From Lama guanicoe (taxonomy: Eukaryota): DNA of 64,000 nt. A program made the translations under genes and the position numbers. Below are positions 26,831 to 39,499 of the stretch, in pieces. Under the pieces are notes generated by a model, which saw only the letters and a program-made list of their open reading frames with translations, did not search any database and was not told the DNA's origin. Location of the stretch: the NCBI GenBank assembly GCA_013239625.1, contig MU057036.1, positions 11,252,715-11,316,714 on the forward strand, in the 5' to 3' direction. How positions within the stretch are numbered: position 1 is the first letter of the stretch; each line of letters opens with the position of its first letter.

Positions 26831-28429
26831 GTTGTATGTATAATTCCTCTTTCAGCTGCATCTCTATCCACAGGTTTCTCCCCCATTAAAGAAAGTAATG
26901 AATATTTGAATTATTGACAATGATATTATTGTGGAGATGGCCAGTTTTATTTATTTAAAAAATAAAATGTTTGCCAACTGTGTTACTTATTATGATTGGT
27001 AACAAATAACCACTGTTGCCAATATTATGACATACTCTCACAGGAAAATACTAACAAGGTATATTTCCCAACCCCATGTCTGTCAGCCCTACCTGGAGGA
27101 AAATGATTGAACAAACCAACAGACAGAAATCTCCATCATATAAAAACATGTAACTCTGCTTCATCAAATAGATAGCATTTCTGAGTCCAGGAGAAAAATG
27201 TGTGTGATGAGTGTTGCCTTAAGATGTTAAATCTGCCATCAACTAACACAGACTTTATAATGTGCTAAAGCTCAAGGTCAAGAGAAAGGCAAACTGGAAG
27301 AGTTACATCTTCTGTTAATACGGAATTCAAGAGATGAGGAGCAGACGGAGAAGACTGAAAATTTGAAACTGGATGTAGTCACACAAGAATATTGCCGTGT
27401 CTGGGAGCTGATAAGGGCTTTAAGAAAATTTAGAAATCTTTAAAGGAATTGGGTGATATGATCAAGTCTTGCCCATAAGAAAAGAGGACTAGAATAATTG
27501 AGAACACCAGTGGATTCCAATCTCAGTGAAGAGAACTGCAGATCCCTAGAGGCTTACTTGAATACTATTTGGAAATGACTGTGACTTGAATTTAAAAAGA
27601 GACGTGTTAAAAAAAATTTTTTAAATACTCTATAGGTGTGATGCATAGCACATCATATAATTATAGAAATAAATGAAGATTAAAATTTTAGTATTTGAGA
27701 AGTTATCTTAGTCTGAATTTTCCCATTTTAGAGTATTTTAGAAAGTTTAAATGTTTTAGTGACAGTGATTTGTTTTTAGTTTATTCATTCCCTCATTTAT
27801 TCAATAAATAAATATTGAGCAACCCAGTCCAGCAATAAACAAGAGGAAAAAGAGATAATTCTTCTGTTTGCCCAAATAATGGTTAATGCTTTCCCTCAGG
27901 GTGTTCTCCTGTGTGCCCATACTTTATAATAATGCGTAGCAGAAAACCCTTTTGGATTTAAAGATTTGCCATCACCTAATAGAGTCGTTGGGTAGCTCTG
28001 CACTTGAATGCTTGTTCTTTTTCTTCGCTGGGAAAAGGTGAAACAACAGTCATTATAGGGTCTTATTCTAGGGCAACTGAAAGCTGACCTGAAAGGATTT
28101 AATTAAAATTTACATAATTGGTGCTCAGATTTTTGATATCCAGCAGCTCATCAGCGGTAAAGACCCAGAAAGAGACCCGAGAGGGCCCAGGCAAGAGAAA
28201 TGAGGGGAAGGCTCCAAGTTCGGCCGTTTTCTCTCTGTCCAGGTCCCGGGGTGAGCATTTGGGTTGCCCTAGTAAAGCCCCCCTTGAAATTTATGCATCC
28301 ATGGATGCTGGTTTGTTATGGCTGGTGAATATAGGAAAATTTAAAGTCAAATGAACTCAGATTGTAGTAGATAGATGTGTCTCTGGTGAAAAAAATCAGA
28401 ACCCTTAGATTTTCTTCTCTGATCTTGTA

Positions 28430-28690
28430 TAATAGTATAATGTAATGAGTGGTTAAGGGTTTGGGCCTTGGAGTCAGACAGGCTTGGGTTGGAGATAGGT
28501 TGTCACTTACCAGCTGAGTGACCTCAAATTCATTGTTCAACCTCCCGGAGCCTGAGACACCTTTTTTTTAAGTGGGAACGGTAACAATAGTATCTAACCA
28601 TCATGCTGTTATATACGTCAATGTGACATGTGTACGTACATAACACAGTGCCTGGCACCATGGTAAATCCTCCATGAATGTAGGCAATTA
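28430..28690 (+). mobile_element. MIR
   Basis: GTGGTTAAG...TTGGAGTCAGACAG...CACTTACCAGCTGAGTGACC...ACAGTGCCTGGCAC. Confidence 0.75.
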
Positions 28691-28814
28691 CTGTTCTTTA
28701 ATTATGCATTATCATCTCCTTAATATACTTTTAAGCAACTCTGATACTGTTTTGCATAACAGAGATAAGTTGCCCAATAGGGGTGAAACTAGCTACACAC
28801 TTTAAGACTTTATC

Positions 28815-29266
28815 TGTTAGAAATATATTCAGCTTAATCACAGTGACTTAACCAAATGGGTGTCCGTTGTTTTCACATAATGAATTCAGAAATGGGTGCA
28901 GCTGTTTGGGGACCCGGCCTCCTTCTCTTTTTTTGCTCTATCTACCACCCTTATCATATGGCTTTTATCTTCATGGTTGAGAGGGCTTCTCTACTTCCCA
29001 GTGTCCAAGGGGGAAGAGCCAGGCTGAAAGGCCTTTTCACAAGACTGTCTTTTTTTTTCAGGGAGCAGGGGAGAGCCAGAGAATCTCTCCCCAGGAACTT
29101 CCACCTACATCTCATTGGCCAGAACTGTATTTCAGGGTTAGCCTCTAACAGCAGTCAAAGCTAGGAAGGGAAGTGAGTGCTTTTGAAGCAAGGCACATTG
29201 CTACCCTAAAGAAAAAAATTCTAGCTCTGTTGGATATTGAATAAGCAATCGGCAGTGTCTGACACA
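28815..29266. mobile_element. MaLR LTR (MLT1K/L-like)
   Basis: CAGTGACTTAACCAAAT...CATCTCATTGGCCAGAACTG...GCAGTGTCTGACACA. Confidence 0.7.
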
Positions 29267-30022
29267 AAGCCGTTAAGAATGACACAGCTCCCAGGCCTGA
29301 TGGTTCTAACAAAGATTTGTAAATGACCCCAACATTGGGACATTTTAAGGGCATTTGCTAAATAAGACTTTAATCCTACCAGCATTATTCAGAAGAGAAG
29401 TGGTCACTGGTCTAGGTAACTGACAAGATAATAAGCAAAGCCCTTTAGATGTGACTCCTGTCAGTGTGCTTCCCTGTTGCAGTGCAAAATTTAGTTGCCA
29501 TTTAGTTCAACAATCATGATCTTGGCCATGCAACTGTCTCACTTATTCCATAAGCATTTGTTGAGGGTCCACTGATCTTGAAAGTACAAGTAAAGGGAAA
29601 ACATAGAAGCAACATCCAAATTCCTGATGGATTTCTTGTTAAGGTGAAGTTATATAGAGATGACAGATATCAATTGGCTAAATTCTGCCAGGGACCCTCT
29701 CTGTTTGGATGCTTAGAGAAGTTCCCCGAGGTACTCAGGTTCTATGTGATCAGCCTCACCAGCATGATGGGGACCAGTCCTAGCCATTGTCTATCACCAA
29801 AGGAATCAAGGTCTAGTTTTCTTCTATTGATTTTAAATGACCTGCATAAAAAAAAAACAGATACAGGAAACATTTGTGGTTCTCTGCCAGATTAAAAGTC
29901 AATTAGTAAGGATTCATTGAGGCTCACTGTTGCCCAGGATTACACACAAAAAAAATGTCATCAAACTTTTCTGGGTTGACCCCAGGATGTTTACTAATAA
30001 CCAATTCCACAAACCCATGTTG

Positions 30023-32330
30023 GTTGTAGACTTTGGCATTGATGTCTTATGGTTCAGAGGAGCTTGAATGACAGTTAAGGTTCCTCCCTAAACTAAGGTT
30101 TGGGGCAGGATGAGGACTCAGTCACTTTAGAAATCTCAGTTCTGTTACTCAAGACTGTGTAAGTTGTGGGGTGCATTGGAGTGAGAGAGGTCCTAGAATT
30201 TTATGCCTCGGTTTCATCCTCATGGAAGGGAAAGAATTACATTCGAAGAAATCTGAGTCTTCTAGTTGATCTAATGTTCTGTCCAGTAGAGTTTAATAGA
30301 GTTCCCTCCCATATTCTACCAGATAGATTTATTTCATGTCAGTTTTTGGAGAAATACTTCCGGGACCTATGCATGGACTTTAATGCTTAAGTTTGCTAAG
30401 CATTGAAGTTTGAAATGAGCACAAAGAAGATTCAGGCTGTGAACTCTTTTATGCCTAAGAATCTCCACCCAGGATTTATAATTGAGCACAGATCAACTGT
30501 TGCTAAATTTTACTATTTTAGCTGTTCATTGAACTGACATCCTGACCAGCAAAAATCTCATACTTTGGGAGAGTGTCCAGAATGATCTTAAAAGGGGAAT
30601 TTGGTTACACCAAGATCTGCCAAGAGGTGGTCGTAGGGAATGTAATAGATCTGTTAGAACCTGCCAAATTACCCTAAGTTGAAGTGACCCTTAAAATGAA
30701 AAAGAATTTGTGGGGGAGAAGGGTATAGTTCAATGGTAGAGGGCATGCCTAGCATGCACAAGGTCCTGGATTCAATCCTCAGAACCTCCACTAAAAACAA
30801 ACAAACAAACAAACAGACATACCTCCCACCAAAAAAGAATTTGTAAAGAATATAGAACTGCAAACACTAGAGGAAAGATATTAACCCCCCAAGAGTCCTA
30901 AACCACAGCTGATGTCTTAATTCACAAGCAGCCCTCAGAAGGCAGCAGCTTGTCTTAAGTCCGTGAAACCAAAGGATAGAGCCAGTAGGGAGAGGACTAA
31001 CCAAAAAAATCACATGCCCTGCCTAGAAATGACCAGATAGGTTTTAACCTGTCTAAGAGTACTGAGCCTCAATGCAGATGGTTTCAGAATTTCACTGGAG
31101 ATACGCCTCGAAACTCTCCAGGCTTGATGATGAAAGAGAGAAATCATCAAAATACCATCTGTCGTCATGGAAAACCCAAGGTGCCCCACAGCCTCTTCCC
31201 CATTGAGCAGCTGATGTGGATTTAGTTGATCTGGACAGTTATTTATGTGTTGAGGTCACATTTTGGCCAATCTTTTGCTTACAGCTTTAACCAAATAAAG
31301 CCTTCTCTCTCTCTCCACATTTCTCTTGCCAAAGTCAGGTTGAGAGATGATTCTTTGAGAGGATTATTTTGGCAGGAGATGCCAGGATCTTCTCACACAA
31401 CAAAACACACCAACAAAAACCAGATGATACACCAGTCAGGAAGCTAAGTGATGTTAAAACTGAAAAGAAACACACTGAAGTCCTTTCCTTTGCCCCTCTG
31501 AGGGTTTTTTGTTGTTATTGTCATTTGTTTGTTTGCTTGTTAACAAAATGTTCCTTCAAATGTCAGTGAAAGACTCAAGGGAACTTTCTTCAATAATAAC
31601 TGGTTTACCTCAGTGGGGATTGGCTTTTAGATTTTTCCCATTTGATCTTCCTCCGGTTCCATCTTTATTCTACTTCTTGACATATTGCAGTTTCTAACTT
31701 CTCTGTGGCTGGAAATATTCTAGGCTGACACCTTCGAGAGGAGAGATGGAAAGAAATCCTAGTGTCTGTGAATTGTTGCTAAATCTGCACTTGTCCACTT
31801 ATAACCAAGAATTTAAGCTCAGAGCCAAAAAACAGGAGGAGAAAGAAAAAAACCCTTCCTTGTGTGTTGTAGACTTTGGCAGTGATTCCAGATGGCTTGG
31901 AGGAGCTTCAGTGAGACTGTGGCTCTGGTCTCTGCTCTCCCCAGAGTCACTAGCCAGGGTACCTGGGCAATCACTTCAGTCCTCTGGGCCTCGGCTTCCT
32001 TCTATGTAAGAAGAGGGCATTGAACAGGATGACCTTTAAGGTTCCTCCCTGAACTAAGCTTTAGGGCAGGATGGAGCTGTGGTTACTCCGGGAACCTTGA
32101 TTCTGTTACTCAGCCCTGGACGGGTTGTGGAGTGCACTGGTATAGGAGAGGTCCTGTAATTGAATGCTCTGTTTCATCTTCAAGGGAATAAGAGCTGGAT
32201 TCAAAGTCCTCTGCTGGACCCAACATTCTGTCATGTAGAACTCCCTCCCAAATGCTACCAGGCGGGTTTATTTCATGGAAATTTTTGGAGAAATACTTGA
32301 TGGGCTTCCTCTTCCCAGAGCCTGTGCATG
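30023..32330 (+). repeat. Diverged direct-repeat pair: ~30023-30378 and ~31866-32330
   Basis: Colinear shared blocks GTTGTAGACTTTGGCA, TTAAGGTTCCTCCCT, GGGCAGGATG, TTCTGTTACTCA, GAGAGGTCCT, GTTTCATC, TCCCTCCCA, TTTATTTCATG and TTTTTGGAGAAATACTT. Confidence 0.88.
30712..30831 (+). mobile_element. tRNA-derived SINE (camelid Vic-1-like)
   Basis: GGGTATAGTTCAATGGTAGAG (A box) and GGATTCAATCC (B box); (AAAC)n tail; 13-bp TSD AAAAAGAATTTGT at 30699-30711 and 30832-30844. Confidence 0.9.
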
Positions 32331-33289
32331 AAATGAGACTTGTCCGCTTGGGTCACTGGGTCAGAAGAGGAGGATTGACATACTGTCTCTTGGTCATTCA
32401 GCCTTACCTTTATGAATGAGTGACCTCAGTTCACCATAAAGGAAAACTGAGAGCCTTGTGTTGGGACTGCTAAGATGGGGTGACTCACCAAACACCCTGT
32501 TATTACAACTATGCTGTAAGGGATAAACATGCTCACACCCGTGCACCTGTTTACTTCACTTAAAGCAAACACAAAAATGTATTTAAGGAAGAAGGAAAGA
32601 CCCAAAAGGCATTCAAAGCAATGAGCATGGGTGAAAAAGGAGAGAGAGAAATATCTGATCAAACAGTACTGAGTAGCCAGGAATTTATGGGAACAATTTA
32701 TGGATATCTCAGGAATCAGAGTAAAAGAGGGTAAAGGGAAATCAAATGTATTATAGGAGACAAAATCCTCTGAGACACTGTATAAAAATATATATAATCA
32801 TTGAACAAATATTTTTATTTCACTATAAAAGAAATGAAGACAATCATTCACAGCTTCTTAAAATAATGAAACAGAAGGGATATGGGAACAAAGATGAAGA
32901 AGAGCAATTTTTAAAAAAATGATAATACCTGTAGTATTTCTTATATGTAAAGTATAACTTACATTAAAGTATAAATTTTTCCTGACTTTGGGCTCATTTA
33001 AAAACAATTAGTGTTATGTGAGTTTTTCTGTTACATGTTATGTTTCAGTAAAAAATTTTTAAAAAGCAAATTCCTTAATAATCTAAAAGAAAAATTTTTA
33101 AAGTTGTTTTTTAGCAGAACAAAAGATAATTAAGACGGAATTGTGCTCAGCTGTACACTTACTGCTGTTGACAATATGGAGAGTTCTTCACTAGATGCAA
33201 GAGTTTGGAATAAAGCTTGTCAAAGACCAGACCTAACACCCAAAGTCTTAAGACCAAGAGTTACCATGGGAGGGAGGAGTTTCAGTAAA

Positions 33290-33900
33290 GAATATCATAA
33301 GGGAAGACTCAGCTAACAGTAGCCAAAACAAATGGGTTTAGTTTCCTTACATAACAAGTAAGTCCAGAGTGGGTGGTTTCTGCTACTGGAAGGTGCCATC
33401 AAAGACTCAGACTTTTCCCATCTTTCCCTTTCTTCATCCTTAGCAGATTGGCTTTCATCCTCAGGCTTCATATGCACAAAATGGCTGCCATAATCCCAGG
33501 CATTTCCTCTGTCGTCAAAGCAAGAAAAAGAGAGAAAGGGCCAACATCAAATGTATCTTTCTTTCTTTTTTAATTGAAGTATAGTTGATTTACAGTGTTG
33601 TGTTAGTTTCAGGTATACAGCAAAGTGATTCAGTTACACATTTTTTTTCAGATTTTTTTCCATTATGGTTTATTACAAAATATTGAATATGGTTCCCTGT
33701 GCTATACAGTAGGTCCTTGTTGTTTATCTATTTTATAAATAATAGTGCATATCTTCCCCTTTATCAGGAAAGCAGAAGCCTTCTCACTGGCCAGAATTTT
33801 AGCACATGGCCACCCCAGCTGCTTCTACAGTGGGAATAAACAGGGAAGAGGGGAAGTTTAGGATGACTGTTGGTTTAATTGAAAAACAGTGTCTGCCAGA
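33290..33900. mobile_element. MaLR LTR (MLT1) interrupted by an L1 3' end at ~33560-33750 (-)
   Basis: AAAATGGCTGCC and ACTGGCCAGAATTTTAGCACATGGCCACCCCAGC flank a T-rich L1 tail (TAATTGAAGTATAGTTGATTTACA). Confidence 0.7.
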
Positions 33901-34179
33901 GAATTTGTTTTGAAAAGAATAATCCTGTGGCTTGTTGTTGGGAAGAAGTAGGGACATAGAATCTTTGGGGATATGGCTCAAGATCGCAAACATTTCCACT
34001 AATAAAATCATTAAATCACAGTCCTTGGGTTGAGTTAAAACACCATTCGGAAAGCAAGTAGCCTTATTTTTCACCCTGAATTCGCCATTAGCCTTGACAA
34101 AAGCTATTTCCAGGCCTCAGTCTTTCCCCCCTATAAAGTAAGAATAATCTTTATTCCCTGCCTCATTTGGGTCCTTTCA

Positions 34180-34960
34180 TTTGGTCATTCGTTTCCTCAG
34201 CAACTGTATACTACACACCTGCTGTGTATCAGGCATGTGCTAATGCTGAGGGTTCACGCGTAAATCATGCAGAACCCCCTCCCTCAATGACTCACCTTCT
34301 AATAGGGAGGGGAGGCCAGTGAACCTAGTTATTATTGAACACTGCTGCCTGTTGGACTGGCTGATGCTCTGTGTTAAAAAGGTACATAGAATATAGAAGA
34401 TATGCAAACAAAAAATGTAACCGGTAAAGTGATGCAATAGAGTGAGTATTCATGAAAGTGCTCCGAACAGAGAAGGGGGAGTGACTCGTGACCTGGGGAA
34501 CTGGGGAAGGCTTTACCGGGGAGATACGGTATGAGATAGGACTTGAAAATGAGCCAGAGTTTGTGTGTGGAAGAAGCGCTGGGGTGGGGAGTGATTTCTG
34601 TTGGAGGCATAGTAGGTTCAAAAGCATTGACAGCCCAGAAGCGACGAGCTAGTTCTGGTAAAGGTGAGTCGCTCACTCTGCTGAGCATTTGGGTGGTGGG
34701 AGGTGAGGTGTGGAGCTGAAGGTGAGAGGTGGTTGGAGCCAGATTGAAGGATCTCAGGAGCCTTGTGCGGGAGTATGGCCGTGGGAGGCCGCTGGAACAC
34801 AGGATGAGAGATGACCTGATTTGTGCCTCAGAAAGATCATTCTGGAATCTGGGAGGAAGGGTTATTGAGATGGAGAGAGGCTGGTACTGGAGAGGCCATT
34901 TAGCAGGCTTCTGTGACAATCCCAGTGAGGAACAATGACTCAGTGAAGGCAGTGGGGTTC
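34180..34960 (-). mobile_element. L2 fragment
   Basis: GGGAAGGCTT...GGACTTGAA...GGAGGCCGCTGGA...TGACCTGATTTGTG...AGAAAGATCATTCTGG. Confidence 0.7.
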
Positions 34961-37328
34961 CAGAAAGATCTCTGAGGTCTTCTTTTTTCCCCCAAAGTTA
35001 TCAAAAATTAAAGAAGAGAAAAACTTGACATGAAAATATGTCAGTTTTAGCTTTCACACTGTTGTCCACACACGCACACAAATCAAATCATGGTATCTTT
35101 AAACCTGTAGCATAGACCACAGAGGTAGCCAGGCCAGTTCACTCAGTTCCCCGTGCTGGAGACGGAGCACGGTGTCTGTGTCTATGAATAGAGCTTTAAA
35201 ATGCACATCCTGGGATACACACCGCTGTCCCCACAGTGGTTTTCTTCATGTGGGGTGACAGTCCTTACTGCTAATGCAGAGAGATTCATACAGGCCTCCA
35301 TGTCAGTTTTTATAAACATTTATCAATCGGTTTACAACTTGAATTGTTCTAAATATTTTGGGGAAATTCTGATCCTCAAAAGCTGCAGACCAAGTGTGCT
35401 GCTCACCTTTGGAATGCCTCCTGGAGAGCTGGTGGTCCAGGCTGGCCATTCTCTATGGTGAAGGGGCCAGTCCTGCTCCCAAAAGGCAGACACTGGTCTT
35501 TCTAAAGCCTGGCCTTGCTGGGAATCGATCACATTCAGGTATCACTCTAGAACCAGAGAGACAGCTCTCAGTGACTGCTTGGATGTGTTGAAAGACACAG
35601 TGAGAGAGAGGGAGGAATCAGATAGATGCCAAGGTTTCTCCTGTGGCTTTTGGGTGACACCCTTCCCAGGAAATGTGGGTGAACATGGGGTCCGCTGAGC
35701 TCCATTTCAGCTCCGTGAAAAGAGGAGCAAGCCTTTTACTTCAGTACATGTTTGGGCAAATACCTCTCTTCGCCCTGCTGGGGTGTCAAGGTCGCGTTCT
35801 GGGGTGAGGCTCCGCTGCCTGTGGTTGCCTCACTCCGGCGTGAATGCAGACAGCCAGCGGGGAGAGGAGCCGAGCCCTGGACGGACGTGGGGGCCAGGAG
35901 CCGGGCGGTGGCCGACCGGGGCTGGATGCTCTCCTGGTGTCTCTAGCCACCTCTCCGTGGCCGTAGGGTGTTCTTTCTGCTTGGCTGCAGCACAGCCTTC
36001 ATGAGCCTAATGGTTTTTTAGGCCAGTAGAGGGAATTCAACATTTCACGATGCTTCAACTTCTCAAGTGTGTGACTCATACTTGAAAGAATTATTCAGAG
36101 ACTTCTTTTCTGTTTAATTGCATCGACTTGTTTGGCACGTGACCCAGTTCATTCTTGTCGTGAATGTATCAGAAGACCCTGTATCCTCTTAATCTCTCCT
36201 CATAGCTGTTACTATTGTCCTCCTTTGAAGCACTGTTTTGGTTACGCACTTCAAAGGCACGACTGAAGTGCCCTCTCACCACCGTGAGGCGGAAGTGCCC
36301 ACGGCTTGGACTCACGGACGGTCATCTGAGGATGGTTCTTGTCCTCGGCATCTCAGAGCCCTGCACCTCCCTTTCCTCCTTCCTTCCCCCACAGTCCCGC
36401 CCCTTCCCCTTCCGAGGTCTGTGGTCACACAGTCATACACTAGTAAGTCCAGCTCTTCTCTCCGGGCCCAAAGAGCTTCGTTTAACAAACACAGATAAAT
36501 CAATACATGTGCCTTATCAGTGTTAGGACTGCTGGCAGGTGCCTCATAGCAAATATTTTTGCAATTTCACCATCAGTGCCTGCCCCTTCCCCCGCCAAAC
36601 ATACATACGTCGTATTTGTTTCTTCTTTCCTGAGATTACACTATCTGGCTTTGATATCTGAATTCAAACGAAAATTAATCCAGTCGACTCACCCAACTGC
36701 AGGTGGAAGCCTGTACTTGTATTGGGGAAGCAGTGTTAGCCCAGTCGTGTGAAATCAAGGTCTTTGTTCTGCTGTTGTCTCTGCCCAGTGGGTCTGAGTG
36801 CTTTCCTCGGCTTGGATCTTCTGAAAAGTTCTTTCTACCATCTGATTCCCGCCACATGGCATCCGGCTCTATCAGGCACTGCCGTGCTGTGAGAACGTTC
36901 ACAGCAATTTACTGAAGTAAAAGACGAGATATTAGCTCAGTGAATTATCTGTCTTGTTCTTCAGAGTGAGGCCTAAAGGCCTATCAGTGGCTCAGACAAG
37001 TGTCCTCGTAGAAGTGGCCCCTTCTCTCCTTTTGGTACTCTGTCACCTCGTCCCTTGTGTTACTGTAGAAGGAATGTTTGTATAATCCATTACAGCTCAG
37101 TGAGAAGAAATATGGGTGAGAAAATGAAAGGTAACCCAATGGATGATGATGAGAAAATAAGAACTTTTTCAGACGGCAGGAGAAGGTATTAACGTCCACT
37201 TGTTTCATTCATGGCTGCGAGTCATCCATTGATGACTTGTGGCTGTCATCATTTTCCTAAATATGATGAGACCACTGGGGAAATTCTGCTTGTGTAACTC
37301 TTGTATTAAGGAGTTTTATGTGGAGCCG

Positions 37329-37678
37329 TGTCTTAGCCTGAAAAGCTGCTATAACCACAGTGTGGGTAGCTTATAAACAACAAAATATATTGCTCACAGT
37401 TCTGGATGCTGGAAACCCTAGATCAGGATACCAGCGGGTCAGGTGAGGGCCGCCTTCTGGGACAAGACAGCCTACTCCTTGCTGTGGCCTCACATGGCCA
37501 AGGGGGGGCTAGGGAGCCCTGTGGGGCCTCTTTTTTAAGGGTTTTAATCCCATTCATGAGGGTCTACCTTCATGATCTAATCACCTCCCAGAGACCATAC
37601 CTGTAAAAACCATCACCTTGAGTCTTAGGGTTTCAACATAGGAATTTAAGGGGGGACACAAACATTCAGACCATGGCA
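37329..37678. mobile_element. MaLR solo LTR (MLT1A-like)
   Basis: TGTCTTAG...TTGCTCACAGTTCTGGA...GGGGGACACAAACATTCAGACCATGGCA; 5-bp TSD AGCCG/AGCCC. Confidence 0.88.
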
Positions 37679-38242
37679 AGCCCCGTGCTGTCGTCATCAC
37701 TGAGTCTGTGTGACGAACGTTGCTCATTAAGGATTTTTCACAACCCAGAACACAGGGCAAAACCTTTTTTCATAAAAGGCAGTGAGAGTGTATTTACTTT
37801 CAAGAGATCGAACCATTTCTTTTTGCATTGGAATCTGAGCTTCAGTCTTCTTGATTTACTGTCTGGTGGCCAGAGTCTACATTTCTGGAACTTTAATGTG
37901 CAGCTCAACCATCACTCCTTCAACATATATTTATGGAGAACCAGCTATATACTGGGCACGGGGCTGAACCACGCTATCAACCTGCTGGAGGGGTGGGTCG
38001 GCTGAGCGTTAGTGAGAAAGGAGAGAAAATACTGGAGACTTGACTAAAATGGGAATCCACAACTTTCAGGCATGGCCTTCATAGAGATGGGAAATGAGCA
38101 GGAAGCCCAGAGGTTACTTGGTCTTGTTTGCAGTCATTGTTCAGAAGGGAGCCTTTGCTGAAGTCCTAAATGTTGACTGAACTGAAATTTGTTCACGTTG
38201 CCTTATTCATTTTTCATGATGCTTTTTGTTCTTTTGGCCCAG

Positions 38243-38380
38243 AAACAGAAAAGATAGTCCTAGAGGCAGGAAATGGGTTGCCATCCTGGAAATTCAACGA
38301 CCAGCTTTTTCCCTGTGACGTGTGTGGGAAAGTGTTCGGCCGACAGCAGACGTTGTCCCGGCATCTCTCCCTGCACACAG
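38243..38380 (+). CDS. ZNF827: ZNF827 internal coding exon (138 nt, phase 1/1): (E)TEKIVLEAGNGLPSWKFNDQLFPCDVCGKVFGRQQTLSRHLSLHT, one C2H2 finger
   Basis: Polypyrimidine tract and ccAG at 38241-38242; donor G|GTGAGT at 38381; peptide recognised as ZNF827; joins in frame to the next exon (G|AG = Glu). Confidence 0.96.
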
Positions 38381-39009
38381 GTGAGTCGGGGCCTCACTGC
38401 CAGGCCTTCCCTCTCTCCATCGCCAGCCTCTCCACTACCAGCGAGCTGAGTTTCTCTAAGAGAATGATAACAGGAAGTGGTAGAAATGTTTTTCTCCTGA
38501 TCTACTTAAGCCATTTTCCTTGGCATGTTCAAATAAGGCTCTGGAAGGGGTCTTTTATTGTTATTGAAAAGACCCATTGAGTTCGAGTAGGACTGATGGG
38601 AAAAGATACACGTTTGGGTACGTTCCAGTAAAATTCCGCAACTCCAAGGAGTTTATTGCTCCCATCTTGTGGGCATCGGGGGTGGGGCTGCACCCCATCT
38701 TATTGGATTCATTTTACTGTGGTAGGGGGAGCAGAGAGGGGAAGAGCACCTTGGTGGAGAAACAGTCACTGTCTTTATGTTCGTGGAACAGTAGAGCCAC
38801 GTGGTTGGTTCTGTGTTGGGGAAGGGAAGACAGCCAAGTTAAGAAGGAGTCAAGGAAGGATAAATAGGAACTTAATCAATGCAGCAAGGATAAGCAAGAA
38901 CAAAAAGAAGTTAGGTCAAATCAGTAGTAACCAAAAAGCAAGATGGAAATAAGGAAATGAAGTGTTTCAGTTTTTACACAACAGACTTGTTAAAAATTCA
39001 AATGTGTCT

Positions 39010-39478
39010 CAGCCATCTGCAGCAACAGGGATGGACGTAGACATGATCGTACCCAGTGAAGGAAGTCAGACGGGGAAAGATGAGTATCGTATGATATCGC
39101 TTATAGGTGGAATCTAAAAAAAAATGAAACACGTGAACTTATTTATAAACCAGAAACAGACTCACAGACATAGAAAACAACCTATGGTGACCAAAGCGCA
39201 AAGGGTAGGGAGGAATAAATTAGGATTTGGGGATTAATACATATACTCTACTATATGAAAAATAAAGAGCAACTGCCCACTGTGCAGCACAGGAACTATA
39301 TTCAATATCTTCTAATAACCTATAATGGAAAAGAATCTGAAATATATATACACACACACATCCTTCTTCATATTCTTATCCATATGTGTATGTATAACTG
39401 AACCACTTTGCTGTGTACCTGAAACTAACACATCGCAAACCAACTATGTTTCCATTTAAAAAAATTTTTTGAGAAAAT
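39010..39478 (+). mobile_element. 5'-truncated L1 3' end
   Basis: GCCATCTGCAGCAACAGGGATGGAC...CTGAAACTAACAC; 16-bp TSD AAATTCAAAT(G/A)TGTCT at 38994-39009 and 39479-39494. Confidence 0.9.
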
Positions 39479-39499
39479 AAATTCAAATATGTCTTATTT

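Noticed and set aside
1-38242. Upstream ZNF827 exons or a nested gene among the many 60-180 aa ORFs
   Set aside because: None has a recognisable domain, coding bias or a convincing splice-site pair; many lie within repeats. A very small exon could have been missed.
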